A stretch of DNA of 64,000 bases from a virus (IMGVR_UViG_3300037461_000469:29752-93751); one strand, 5' to 3'. Shown: positions 42,282 to 51,096, counted from the first letter of the stretch. Notes: generated from the sequence alone by a model not told the origin. Program-made: numbers and translations.

Positions 42282-42357
42282 TGGCGGGACCGACGGGTAC
42301 TGCCCCCGCATATTCCACGCTGACAACGTGGCGCGCCTACTTGTGTGCCACGGCCCC
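42282..42357 (-). tRNA. tRNA-Asp(GTC), non-canonical T-loop GGCAGTA (G73, CCA encoded)
   Basis: AC CCACG-TTGTCAG-CGTGG; acceptor GGGGCCG/CGGTCCC. Confidence 0.5.
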
Positions 42358-42519
42358 ATTAATTAAAAGGATATAATATTGCTTACAAAAACAAAAAGAA
42401 AGAAGCGGGGTTCCCCTCGCCGATTCGAAAATCGTCAAGAGGAACGCCCACTTCAAAAAGCCACAAAACCAAAAATGTCAAACACCCTAAGACTCATAGC
42501 CTACGAGTCAATACAACCC

Positions 42520-42548
42520 ATTATAACACAGGTTGTTGTATCTGTCAA
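42520..42548 (-). promoter_or_regulatory. sigma70-type promoter, TTGACA-N17-TGtgtTATAAT, directed into the non-coding region and tRNA-Asp
   Basis: Perfect consensus hexamers with 17-nt spacer. Confidence 0.65.
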
Positions 42549-42593
42549 GCCCTTTTGGAATTTTTTTTCAAAATCCAAAACAGTCTTACATTC

Positions 42594-42669
42594 TGGTCGG
42601 GGTGAGAGGGTTCGAACCTCCAACTTCTTGCTCCCAAAGCAAGCACGCTGCCAATTGCGCCACACCCCG
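42594..42669 (-). tRNA. tRNA-Pro(TGG) (G37, C1:G72)
   Basis: AC CTTGC-TTTGGGA-GCAAG; T-loop TTCGAAC; CCA encoded; driven by promoter 42687..42715. Confidence 0.7.
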
Positions 42670-42686
42670 AAAACTGATTCCAAATA

Positions 42687-42715
42687 ATTATATCACACCA
42701 CGTAACGTTTGTCAA
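42687..42715 (-). promoter_or_regulatory. sigma70-type promoter, TTGACA-N17-TGtgaTATAAT, driving tRNA-Pro and the tRNA island
   Basis: Consensus hexamers about 18 nt upstream of the 5' end of tRNA-Pro. Confidence 0.7.
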
Positions 42716-42764
42716 ATTTTTGTGTTCGTTCTTTCTTTCGTACTGCTATTTATGATTTTCCCGA

Positions 42765-43226
42765 TTAGGGCTTATTAAAATTCAATTTTACGAAGTAGTA
42801 CAGGTCGATTGCTCTGCGAATCCACCCACGCAGGAACTTAATATTGTTGCCTACGTTGGCAATTTCCGTGTACCGCTTGATGCGCTCGATGATGGCGGTG
42901 CAGGGGTCGTATCCTTTTAACTTCTCAGCAAAGATATGTCCCATGTTCACGCAAGTGTCCATCACGATTGCGTCTGTGCCTTTCTGTATTTGGTCGCAGT
43001 CGCACCTATTCCAATAATCCCGATGAAAAATCTTTTTGGCATATTCCTGTGAATCCTCTTTGGTCATGTTCCACATCAGTTCCACATCTTCGGGGTAATA
43101 TTTTTCTGCGATACCCCAAACTGTTCTGCCACCCGCATCATCAGGGTCATCGGACTTCCAACCTTCCCACTTAAACACAAACTCCATTATCTTGTCGAAA
43201 TTTTCGGTCATGGTAGTTACCCCCAC
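42765..43226 (-). CDS. glycoside hydrolase family 108 lysozyme-like protein (with PG-binding domain)
   Basis: FVFKWEGWKSDDPDDAGGRTVWGI matches the GH108 N-terminal signature. Confidence 0.6.
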   Translation of the reverse strand: MGVTTMTENFDKIMEFVFKWEGWKSDDPDDAGGRTVWGIAEKYYPEDVELMWNMTKEDSQEYAKKIFHRDYWNRCDCDQIQKGTDAIVMDTCVNMGHIFAEKLKGYDPCTAIIERIKRYTEIANVGNNIKFLRGWIRRAIDLYYFVKLNFNKP

Positions 43227-43228
43227 AA

Positions 43229-44752
43229 TTACTTGAACATCTTTAAAATCATTTCGGCTTCTTCATCCGACATATTTTTAATTCTGTCTGAATTTATAGC
43301 CTTACCAAAACCAAGCGGGTCTTTTTTGGAAAAATCGGGCTTCTTCAATTCCATTTCTTTTTTGACCTTGCGTAGTCTGTTCAAATATCTTTGATACAGT
43401 TTCCTTCTTTCCTTTTTTTCTTCACGATGCTTGCTAGGAATTGTCCACTTCTGAATGTACCACGTTACTCCATCCCTAGCCGATTGAAATTCAAATGTGG
43501 CATCTTTGATTTCCCGTGGAGACATTTTAGCAATCATTTTCTTCCATTCTTCCACATCACCATTACTTGCTTTGATAAAGTTCATGGCTCTTTGGTCAGC
43601 AACAGATTCTTTCAAAGATTTTTTTTCGATACTTTCTTCCCACGGCAAAAAACTATCTTTAGCAAAAGGCCGTTTCTTCATTTCTTGGGCAATCATATGA
43701 ACTTCATCCCAATAATACCCTGCATTATTTGGCACACCTTCTTTTTCCATTTGGTCATGTATTTTTGCAGTTTCGTATGCATCTTTTCGAGCAAACTCTA
43801 ATTCGGAGTATGTCATACTTTTTAGTTTTTTCTTATATGCCTCAAAATCCATATGCTTTTCACCAACCCATTCCTTCAGGAATTCTTTTTCATTATCAGT
43901 TGCAAATTTATCAATATCATCACCCCAAGGGTATCTATTCTTCCACGGCATTTCTGATAATTTATCGCTGACATAGCGATTGATGTCTTGGTAAAGGGTT
44001 TCTGTTTCACGGACAGCGGCAACTTCATCGTAGAGTTCAGGCCAATCATCAACGTTGAACCAAAGACTTCCACGCTTGATATCGTGATAATGCTCTTCGA
44101 TGAATCTATCTATAATTTTTTTCTGCTTGATGTAAAGGGGGATATATCCTCTTCGGCGTTCGGATAATTCCTTGGATTCTTTTACTTTGTGATATTCTTC
44201 GGGGTTAACACCACCTGAAATTAATGGGTTCGCATCCCATGCGGCTATAGGGGTATTATATCCCAATCTTTTTGCCAAATTATACATCGCATCATACGAT
44301 TCAAATTCATCAAAACTTGAATATACTTTTTGTAATCTTGCCGTCCATTTTTCCATCAATTGTTTTGATTCTTTTCTTAAAGAATTAGGCCCAGGTAAAT
44401 CTTCTTGTCCTTCGTAATTAACTGCCCAAGTCCAAAAGTCTTTAAGGAGTTCAGCCATTTTTCTTTCAATATTATGACCGCTGTACACCAAATCGTTCAT
44501 TTTCCATTTATCTTCCAAAGCACCAATAAGTTTATCAGCCCAATTACTCACACCCATCTCGTGCGCACCGTAACGCTTGTGGTGGGCGATGATTTTCTTT
44601 TTGGCTTTGGTAATATCCTGTTGTAATGCTTGTAGCCGATTTAATCCTTGTCTATCAATTGGGGTAGAACGAATTGGTATATCGTCTTCTTTTAAAATTT
44701 TCTTCTCGTCTTCCGTTGCGAATTTTTGGATATCTTCTTTGGATAGTTTCAT
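43229..44752 (-). CDS. hypothetical protein (507 aa)
   Basis: ORF. Confidence 0.55.
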   Translation of the reverse strand: MKLSKEDIQKFATEDEKKILKEDDIPIRSTPIDRQGLNRLQALQQDITKAKKKIIAHHKRYGAHEMGVSNWADKLIGALEDKWKMNDLVYSGHNIERKMAELLKDFWTWAVNYEGQEDLPGPNSLRKESKQLMEKWTARLQKVYSSFDEFESYDAMYNLAKRLGYNTPIAAWDANPLISGGVNPEEYHKVKESKELSERRRGYIPLYIKQKKIIDRFIEEHYHDIKRGSLWFNVDDWPELYDEVAAVRETETLYQDINRYVSDKLSEMPWKNRYPWGDDIDKFATDNEKEFLKEWVGEKHMDFEAYKKKLKSMTYSELEFARKDAYETAKIHDQMEKEGVPNNAGYYWDEVHMIAQEMKKRPFAKDSFLPWEESIEKKSLKESVADQRAMNFIKASNGDVEEWKKMIAKMSPREIKDATFEFQSARDGVTWYIQKWTIPSKHREEKKERRKLYQRYLNRLRKVKKEMELKKPDFSKKDPLGFGKAINSDRIKNMSDEEAEMILKMFK

Positions 44753-44795
44753 AGGCCACCTCTATGATTATTTATTGTTTTGTGGCTATGAAAAG

Positions 44796-45200
44796 TTATT
44801 TATTGAGTTGCTCCCAGAAACGTTTAGGTAAGTGAATATTCGAAATATCCTTTGCCTTTTCGAATAAAGGGGCAATTTGTTTGGGGGAGAACCTAGCCAA
44901 TCCACAACCGATTTCCGTAACAAGGAAAGTGAGTTGTGGGTTTTCTTTGGCACAAATAATGAACTTGCGAACATGGTGTTCAATTTCAGGGATACTCAAC
45001 ACATCCATATTACGCCCTTTAGTTGGAATTCCGTAAGATTTCCCTTGCAGTCCTGCCGCTTGCCCCCATTTAGCACCGAACTTGTGCAAGGCAGTCTTTG
45101 CCGCACCTTTGCCGTGTTTGCCGCTGAGATTACTACCAAATACGAACACTTCATTTTCATTCAAAGACACAATCTTCTCTGAAGTTGTTCTACCGTCCAT
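44796..45200 (-). CDS. Rossmann-fold SLOG/DprA-LOG-like nucleotide-binding protein
   Basis: VFVFGSNLSGKHGKGAAK...SYGIP motif. Confidence 0.4.
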   Translation of the reverse strand: MDGRTTSEKIVSLNENEVFVFGSNLSGKHGKGAAKTALHKFGAKWGQAAGLQGKSYGIPTKGRNMDVLSIPEIEHHVRKFIICAKENPQLTFLVTEIGCGLARFSPKQIAPLFEKAKDISNIHLPKRFWEQLNK

Positions 45201-45206
45201 TATTTT

Positions 45207-45443
45207 TTATTTCTCCTTTTTGGGCATTTCCAATCTTGCCCAATGTGTTATTTTACTTAAATCAAATGAAAAATTACGAAGAATCGAACCCCTAGTATAA
45301 CCCCAAATTAAACAGCCTGTGGGTTTTGTGTCAAGATAATATTCATCGACCAATGCGCAAAATTCGTAGTGCTTTCCGTCTGTAACTAGAACTTCTTCGT
45401 GTTTATTTGGTCTGTGTTTGTAATCGTACTTAATCCACTTCAT
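45207..45443 (-). CDS. hypothetical protein
   Basis: ORF. Confidence 0.45.
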   Translation of the reverse strand: MKWIKYDYKHRPNKHEEVLVTDGKHYEFCALVDEYYLDTKPTGCLIWGYTRGSILRNFSFDLSKITHWARLEMPKKEK

Positions 45444-45471
45444 TCTTTACTCCTACCTATATTATACCACA

Positions 45472-45972
45472 TTATGAGGGAATTGTTTGTACCTCATCGA
45501 ACTGTTTATCAATGTTTTGCAATCCGTTTTTAAACTGAGTGAGTTGTCGTGCGATTACTTCTTTCGGTACTGCGCTTCTGTCTTTGCCACTTGTTAAATC
45601 ACCCTGCACTCTGCCGTAGAGTTTGTCCACGATTTCCTCGTCTGTGCCTTGCGGCTGAAAGACGATGGCTACCTTGTGGACTCCTGCGGGAACGTTCTTC
45701 AGAAATTGGTTGCGTAGGGATGATTTGGTGTTGGTGGCATCCAAGACAGCCAAACCCATTTTATCAAGGTTGGCCTGTATTCTTTCTGCTGTTATTTTCC
45801 ACACCATAAAATCTCTGCTTTGGTCGCTGACCGAACCTGTGAGTTCCTTACGGATGGCATCAGGTTCCACGATTACTTCCCGTTCGAACACTTTGTCGAG
45901 AATGGTGGATTTGCCTGAACCACTAAGGCCGATTGCCATATAAAACGTAGGATGCATCACTTTAAATCTCAT
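45472..45972 (-). CDS. P-loop kinase (polynucleotide kinase-like)
   Basis: Walker A GLSGSGKST; short kinase-domain length; sits among RNA-repair genes. Confidence 0.55.
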   Translation of the reverse strand: MRFKVMHPTFYMAIGLSGSGKSTILDKVFEREVIVEPDAIRKELTGSVSDQSRDFMVWKITAERIQANLDKMGLAVLDATNTKSSLRNQFLKNVPAGVHKVAIVFQPQGTDEEIVDKLYGRVQGDLTSGKDRSAVPKEVIARQLTQFKNGLQNIDKQFDEVQTIPS

Positions 45973-47358
45973 CTACTTCTTATTTATTTCCTTTTCAATA
46001 CGCTTCCAATTATTTTGCGCCCAACGTTTCAGGAACTCCTTCTTGTTCTTCTCAGGGTTCATTATTACTAAATCAAGTAACCCTTTTAAAACTTTTCCTA
46101 TTATAATACCTGGCGGAATTCCAATTGATATTAAATCATCGCCATTAATAGCCAAATGAGAGATTTCATAGGGTTCTTTCTTGGCTAGGATATCGTCAAT
46201 CTGTGCGGCTCTAGACCCGTACTTCTCCATCCCCGCCTCAATCTTCTCAGGCTTATGCGCCCTGATATCTGCTAGCCGCATCGCCTTCCAATCTTCCAAG
46301 TAGTCTACGCCCAAGTTTCTGATGAAGTGCTTGATTTTGTTGCGCTTCTCAGGTTCGGCTTGGTGCAGGAAAATCAACCTGACGATTTTCGTGATTGCTT
46401 CGTTTTTGAATTTCAAACGGCGCAGAATAGGCTCTGCCAACTCTGCCGAAATCTTGTCGTGTCCGATGAACCTATCTCGTCCCGTTTCATCCCTGACCCT
46501 AGCCTTCTCCTTGCCGATATCGTGGAGCAGGGTTGCCCAACGAACGTCTAGACGTGCGGGCGCGCCGTCAATCACGTCCATCGTGTGTCCGAAGACGTTC
46601 TTGTGATGCCACGGGCTTTGCTGTGGAACGCTGTCGAGAACATCTACTTCGGGCAGAATGATTTTGAGCAGTCCAAGGTCGTGAAGCATTTGGATTCCTA
46701 CAGACGGCTTTGGGGTCAACAGGATTCCGTCAAGTTCGTCCTTGATTCTTTCAGACGAAACGTAGCGTAATCTTTCGGCGTTGCGTTTGATTGCCTTTTC
46801 CGTGTCAGTATCTAGTTTAAACCCGTAGCGGCTTGCAAAGCGAACCACTCGCATCAATCTGAGTGCGTCCTCGTGGAAGCGTTCTTCAGGACGGCCTACT
46901 GCTTTCAACGTGCCGCTTTCCAAATCTTCCTGACCGCCAAAGGGGTCAACAAGTTCACCTGTCAGCGGGTCGAAGGCCATTGAATTGATTGTCAAGTCCC
47001 TACGAGCCAAATCTTCCTTGATGTCTTTGGAGAACGATACGGCTTTCGGCCTACGGGCATCGGAGTAGTCTGCCTCTAGCCTGTAGGTGGTGATTTCAAA
47101 CTCTTCATCGTCTACGATAGCCGCCCACGTTCCATATTCTGCCCCCTTGTCGTAATTTTTTATCCCTGCATCAGTTAGAATTTTTTCTGTTTCTTTCGGA
47201 AGGGCATCAGTTGTGAAGTCCCAATCCTTCGGCTGTCTACCTAGCATGATGTCCCTGACACAACCACCTACAAGGTAGGCTTCGTGTCCTGCGTCATTAA
47301 AGAGTTGTGCAATTTCAAGGGCTTGCGGCGGGATGTCTCCAAAGTTTTTAAATTCCAT
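45973..47358 (-). CDS. cca: CCA-adding tRNA nucleotidyltransferase with HD domain
   Basis: AYLVGGCVRDIMLG...DWDF and RDLTINSMA motifs of class II tRNA nucleotidyltransferases; HD motif HTMDV...LLHDIGK. Confidence 0.8.
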   Translation of the reverse strand: MEFKNFGDIPPQALEIAQLFNDAGHEAYLVGGCVRDIMLGRQPKDWDFTTDALPKETEKILTDAGIKNYDKGAEYGTWAAIVDDEEFEITTYRLEADYSDARRPKAVSFSKDIKEDLARRDLTINSMAFDPLTGELVDPFGGQEDLESGTLKAVGRPEERFHEDALRLMRVVRFASRYGFKLDTDTEKAIKRNAERLRYVSSERIKDELDGILLTPKPSVGIQMLHDLGLLKIILPEVDVLDSVPQQSPWHHKNVFGHTMDVIDGAPARLDVRWATLLHDIGKEKARVRDETGRDRFIGHDKISAELAEPILRRLKFKNEAITKIVRLIFLHQAEPEKRNKIKHFIRNLGVDYLEDWKAMRLADIRAHKPEKIEAGMEKYGSRAAQIDDILAKKEPYEISHLAINGDDLISIGIPPGIIIGKVLKGLLDLVIMNPEKNKKEFLKRWAQNNWKRIEKEINKK

Positions 47359-47767
47359 TTCGTACCTTCTTCCAAAGATTAATCAATTCTTTTTCCGTGT
47401 AAATATTTTTGTTATCAAAAAGCATATAGTCGTTGTGTTCCCCTGCGGGAAGTTTGACCCCATCGTATCCCATCTGTATCAATTGGACTATCATGTATTT
47501 GTCGTACTCATTCCACCCTGCCCAATTTTTCCCTGTGAGATATCTCTCCATTATGTATTTCGTTCCCTGTGCGCCTGATTCGCCTCTGATGATTGTGTCC
47601 TTATCATCCGTGAACCAAATGGTTCCCTGCGCACCCTTCTTCGGGTTGAACTTTCGAAATTCGGTATTTGTGCCGTGATAGACTTTCGGAAAACTTTTTA
47701 CGAAGTCTTCAGGCGTATCAAATTGCAAGGCTTCCTGTTCCAAAGATTCCACGATTCTAAGTTTCAT
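47348..47767 (-). CDS. hypothetical protein with YHGT motif (possible Tpt1/ADP-ribosyltransferase-like fold)
   Basis: KVYHGTNTEF resembles the KptA/ART YHGT region; weak call. Confidence 0.3.
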   Translation of the reverse strand: MKLRIVESLEQEALQFDTPEDFVKSFPKVYHGTNTEFRKFNPKKGAQGTIWFTDDKDTIIRGESGAQGTKYIMERYLTGKNWAGWNEYDKYMIVQLIQMGYDGVKLPAGEHNDYMLFDNKNIYTEKELINLWKKVRNGI

Positions 47768-47774
47768 TCTACCT

Positions 47775-48041
47775 CTATTTATTATCCTTATTTAAAAATT
47801 CAATACAACTTCCAAAGTATATAAATTTAGGTTTGTGGGTTTCATCGTATACCCCATCGATTGTTCCTATTGTTTTACCACCATCGTGAGATTGATAATA
47901 AAAATATCTTCGGTATCCTTTAAAAAGGCATCGACCAAATTGAAAATGACGACAAGAGGTTTTTTGACAATCTGCTATAGTTCTGTTTCCGTGTAAAATG
48001 CTGTATAGTTTTAATTTCTTCAGCAATTTTTCATTTGTCAT
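47775..48041 (-). CDS. hypothetical protein
   Basis: ORF. Confidence 0.4.
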   Translation of the reverse strand: MTNEKLLKKLKLYSILHGNRTIADCQKTSCRHFQFGRCLFKGYRRYFYYQSHDGGKTIGTIDGVYDETHKPKFIYFGSCIEFLNKDNK

Positions 48042-48049
48042 CTGTTATC

Positions 48050-48082
48050 TTTAAAAAAGGGGGCGTCATTGGCAGACGCCCC
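48050..48082 (-). terminator. rho-independent terminator (minus-strand direction)
   Basis: 9-bp stem GGGGGCGTC/GACGCCCCC with a 7-nt loop, followed in the minus sense by UUUUUUAA. Confidence 0.75.
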
Positions 48083-48106
48083 CAGACCCAACCTAGGCTG
48101 TGAAGA

Positions 48107-48370
48107 TTACTGATTCTTCTTCAGCCACTTCACGAACTGCGGGTCAATCAGATACCTGTTGTCCTTCAGTTCGTAGGCAACTCCAGGATAATCCTGTGCC
48201 TTCTCACGAAGTCTGCGGGTGGCAGAATCTTCGGACTTCGAAAGGCCTAGAATCTCTGAGTGGTCAAGCACGTGCATCGTTCTGCGATTGACCTTTGCCT
48301 TCGGTGCGTTGACGATGGCCTCAACCACCTTGCTCGTAATCGTTTTTGTCATTTTTCTTTTACCCTCCAA
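48107..48370 (-). CDS. hypothetical protein
   Basis: ORF followed by a strong intrinsic terminator. Confidence 0.5.
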   Translation of the reverse strand: MEGKRKMTKTITSKVVEAIVNAPKAKVNRRTMHVLDHSEILGLSKSEDSATRRLREKAQDYPGVAYELKDNRYLIDPQFVKWLKKNQ

Positions 48371-48416
48371 GATAAAATTTACTTACACTAATATTATACC
48401 ACACGGCGTTTGTTTT

Positions 48417-48767
48417 TTAAAACACACGGCGCATATATCGCACCCAATTCTTGAATTTGTCAAGAACATTGGGCTTGCGATAGGCTTCCGCTGTACGGCC
48501 TGAATATCCTGACCAGCCTGAATATCCTGACCAGCCCGAATATCCCCACATCACATTCAAAGTACAATTTTTACAATCGGGAAAATTAAAATATTCTGAA
48601 TTGGGGTCTTTGTAATCCCAATTTTGGTTTACTTTAATTAAAGAAGTCGTTTTTTGAGTGTCGTTGTCATCCAACTGACTGCACATTTCGGCGTGTAAGA
48701 CAAGATACAGTTTGCGCTTGTTCGAAAGAGGGCAACCCTTGTGAAACATAAAATTCTTCTTTTCCAT
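48417..48767 (-). CDS. MIPKxCPL paralog family member 6 with GYSGWS tandem repeats
   Basis: FHKGCPLSNKRKLYLVLHAEMC N-terminus; three 15-nt tandem repeats encode (GYSGWS)n. Confidence 0.5.
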   Translation of the reverse strand: MEKKNFMFHKGCPLSNKRKLYLVLHAEMCSQLDDNDTQKTTSLIKVNQNWDYKDPNSEYFNFPDCKNCTLNVMWGYSGWSGYSGWSGYSGRTAEAYRKPNVLDKFKNWVRYMRRVF

Positions 48768-48931
48768 TTATTTCTCCTTTAAATGAATTATAGCACGATT
48801 TGCTACAGAATTGATATAGTGGAGGGGGTAGGGATAAAAACGCCACCACGGGCCTGAAAACCGCCAAAAAACCACCTTCTAGGGGTCAATCGCAGAGCGA
48901 TGAGCAGGATTATAGTTGGTAAGAAAAATCA

Positions 48932-50044
48932 TCACAAAGGTTGGTCTGTAAAACGATAAATTTTATTGTTCCAATTTTTAAAGATATATTCGTTGTTTTC
49001 TACCTTCTCAATATAAGTAGGTAGTAATGGTGTCTTCCCTCCACCATTCGGTAAGTCGCACACAAAATGAGGAATTGCGTAACCAGATATTTTCCCAATC
49101 AACTCCTTCATTATTTCTAAAGTTTTTAAAACAGGAACTCTAAAATGTGAACCACCTGGAACAAAATCCATATTGTATAAGTAGTAGGGTTTAACCCCCA
49201 CAGTTAAAAGTTGCTTGAACAACGTTCCCAGCACTTCGGGGCTGTCGTTTACGCCGTTTAAACAAACCGTCTGACTCCCTAGGAAAGCGTGGCCTTCGTG
49301 CGTGAGCATCCTACAGGCCTGTCTCGTCTCCACGGTCAGTTCGGCGGGGTGCGTAAAGTGGATGCTGATGTAGAGGGGGCTGTACCTAGACAGGATATCG
49401 ACAAGCCGTTTCGTGATTCTTTGCGGAAGCACGACAGGAACCTTCGTCCCAATCCTGACCATTTCCACGTGCTTGATTTCGTAGAGTTTTTCCAAAAGGT
49501 AAGTGAGTTGCGAATCGTTCAGGAGCAAGGGGTCGCCGCCTGAAAGCAGAACGTCCCTGATTTCGGGGTGGTTCTTGATGTACTCCAAACTCTCGCCCCA
49601 AGAGTGGCTGATGGAGTGGTCGCTGTTCTCTACAAGCCGACTGCGGGTGCAGTAGCGGCAGTTGCTAGCGCAGATGTTGGTAGTGAGGAAGAGAACCCTG
49701 TCGGGGTAGCGGTGGATGATGTGTTCAGTTTTTCTGTCCCTTTCTTCAGCCAAGGAGTCCTCTTGTTCGCAAAGGGAAATTTCCAATTCCCTTGCAGTCG
49801 GCACGATGCACTTTCGGATTGCGGGATTTAAAAGCAGTCGTGCGTAGTAAGGCGTGATTCGGAGTGGAAGATTACCTGACTTTCTTTCTTCGTCCGTCAG
49901 GGTAATATATTTTTCTAACTCTTCAAGAGTTGTTATAGAGTTCTTGATTTGCCAAGTCCAATCGTTCCAATCTTTAACAAGCGGCGGCTCGTCATCATTG
50001 ACGCAGCCCTCCTTCGTTTGTAGTGTGGTACTAAAAGTGTTCAA
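48932..50044 (-). CDS. KamA-family radical SAM aminomutase (lysine 2,3-aminomutase/EpmB-like)
   Basis: RITPYYA signature and CASNCRYC radical-SAM cluster motif. Confidence 0.65.
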   Translation of the reverse strand: MNTFSTTLQTKEGCVNDDEPPLVKDWNDWTWQIKNSITTLEELEKYITLTDEERKSGNLPLRITPYYARLLLNPAIRKCIVPTARELEISLCEQEDSLAEERDRKTEHIIHRYPDRVLFLTTNICASNCRYCTRSRLVENSDHSISHSWGESLEYIKNHPEIRDVLLSGGDPLLLNDSQLTYLLEKLYEIKHVEMVRIGTKVPVVLPQRITKRLVDILSRYSPLYISIHFTHPAELTVETRQACRMLTHEGHAFLGSQTVCLNGVNDSPEVLGTLFKQLLTVGVKPYYLYNMDFVPGGSHFRVPVLKTLEIMKELIGKISGYAIPHFVCDLPNGGGKTPLLPTYIEKVENNEYIFKNWNNKIYRFTDQPL

Positions 50045-50199
50045 TTTGAGTTTCTCCTTCGAAGTCTATTTATGATTTTCTATTTTATTTCTTTTTTTCG
50101 TCTTTATCAATTTTTTTATTTTCTCATCTGCAACTTTTTTGCCATATCTTTCCACCATCGAAGAGTACAGAATTTTGTAATCTGCTAGAGTTTTGGATT

Positions 50200-50499
50200 T
50201 CATTGTACAAAAATAAAAGGTAATGTATTATCAACAGCATATGCTCGATATTCAAAATCTTTTTTATAAATTTTTCCGTCTGGTTTTGATATGGGATGTA
50301 ATGTATATGACTGATGGGTATTTGGGTGATTATCTGGAAGATAATAACACCAATGAACCGAGGTGATGATATAATATCTTTCGTTTTTAAAACCATCACG
50401 ATTTCGTTCGGTTTCACCAATATATTGTAATATAGTCCCCTTTGTATATTTCGGTATATATTGTTTGTTATCTTTTTGTTCTACTATTTGGAATTTCAT
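50200..50499 (-). CDS. hypothetical protein
   Basis: ORF coupled to its neighbour. Confidence 0.45.
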   Translation of the reverse strand: MKFQIVEQKDNKQYIPKYTKGTILQYIGETERNRDGFKNERYYIITSVHWCYYLPDNHPNTHQSYTLHPISKPDGKIYKKDFEYRAYAVDNTLPFIFVQ

Positions 50500-50828
50500 T
50501 TTCCGTAAAGTGCCTCAACATCTTTAATAGTTTCAATAAATTGGCGTTCATCGGCATGAGACGAAAACCCACCAAAATCAATACCAAAATAAATTAAAGA
50601 TTGTCTCGGTTCAAACCCTGTCCAATATTCATACTCACCGCTTCCTGATTTTAGAGATATTGCCTCATTCCAAGTATCTAATTCAAGAAATTTCTCTCCT
50701 TCTAAATTTAATTTAACCCATTCCCCGTGTTTCTTTCTATAATGTTCGCCATATTTTAGAATTAATCTAACTAAACGGTCATGGTATTTTTTTAAATTTT
50801 CTTTTTCTTCAATAATTTTTAGTTTCAT
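50496..50828 (-). CDS. hypothetical protein
   Basis: ORF. Confidence 0.5.
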   Translation of the reverse strand: MKLKIIEEKENLKKYHDRLVRLILKYGEHYRKKHGEWVKLNLEGEKFLELDTWNEAISLKSGSGEYEYWTGFEPRQSLIYFGIDFGGFSSHADERQFIETIKDVEALYGK

Positions 50829-51082
50829 CTTGCCATCTCCTCTATCGCCCGAATTGCCCTGAGAAAAATAATGAGAGCATCAAAATCCATGATGGGAAAC
50901 TTGTTGCTTCCCCTGATTTTCCCGCCGTTTTTGGTTTCTGCGCTAAACCAATATAGAAAACTAGCGGTAGCCCATACAAATTCATCATAATCTTTTTCAA
51001 CCTTAGTCCATTTGTCATTATCTTCATTGTAAGAGAATCCAAGTGCTTGCAAACGCTTCTGTTTGTCAGGGGTCCAGACCAC
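50825..51082 (-). CDS. hypothetical protein
   Basis: ORF. Confidence 0.45.
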   Translation of the reverse strand: MVWTPDKQKRLQALGFSYNEDNDKWTKVEKDYDEFVWATASFLYWFSAETKNGGKIRGSNKFPIMDFDALIIFLRAIRAIEEMAR

Positions 51083-51096
51083 CTACCGCCCTCCAT

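Noticed and set aside
42379-42687. Plus-strand ORF of 102 aa
   Set aside because: It overlaps tRNA-Pro and the consensus minus-strand promoters. Basic, low-complexity.
48495-48540. 15-nt tandem direct repeats (cctgaatatcctgaccagc x3), checked as a possible CRISPR or other repeat array
   Set aside because: The repeats are in frame inside ORF 48417..48767 and encode (GYSGWS)n. There are no spacers, so this is a coding repeat.
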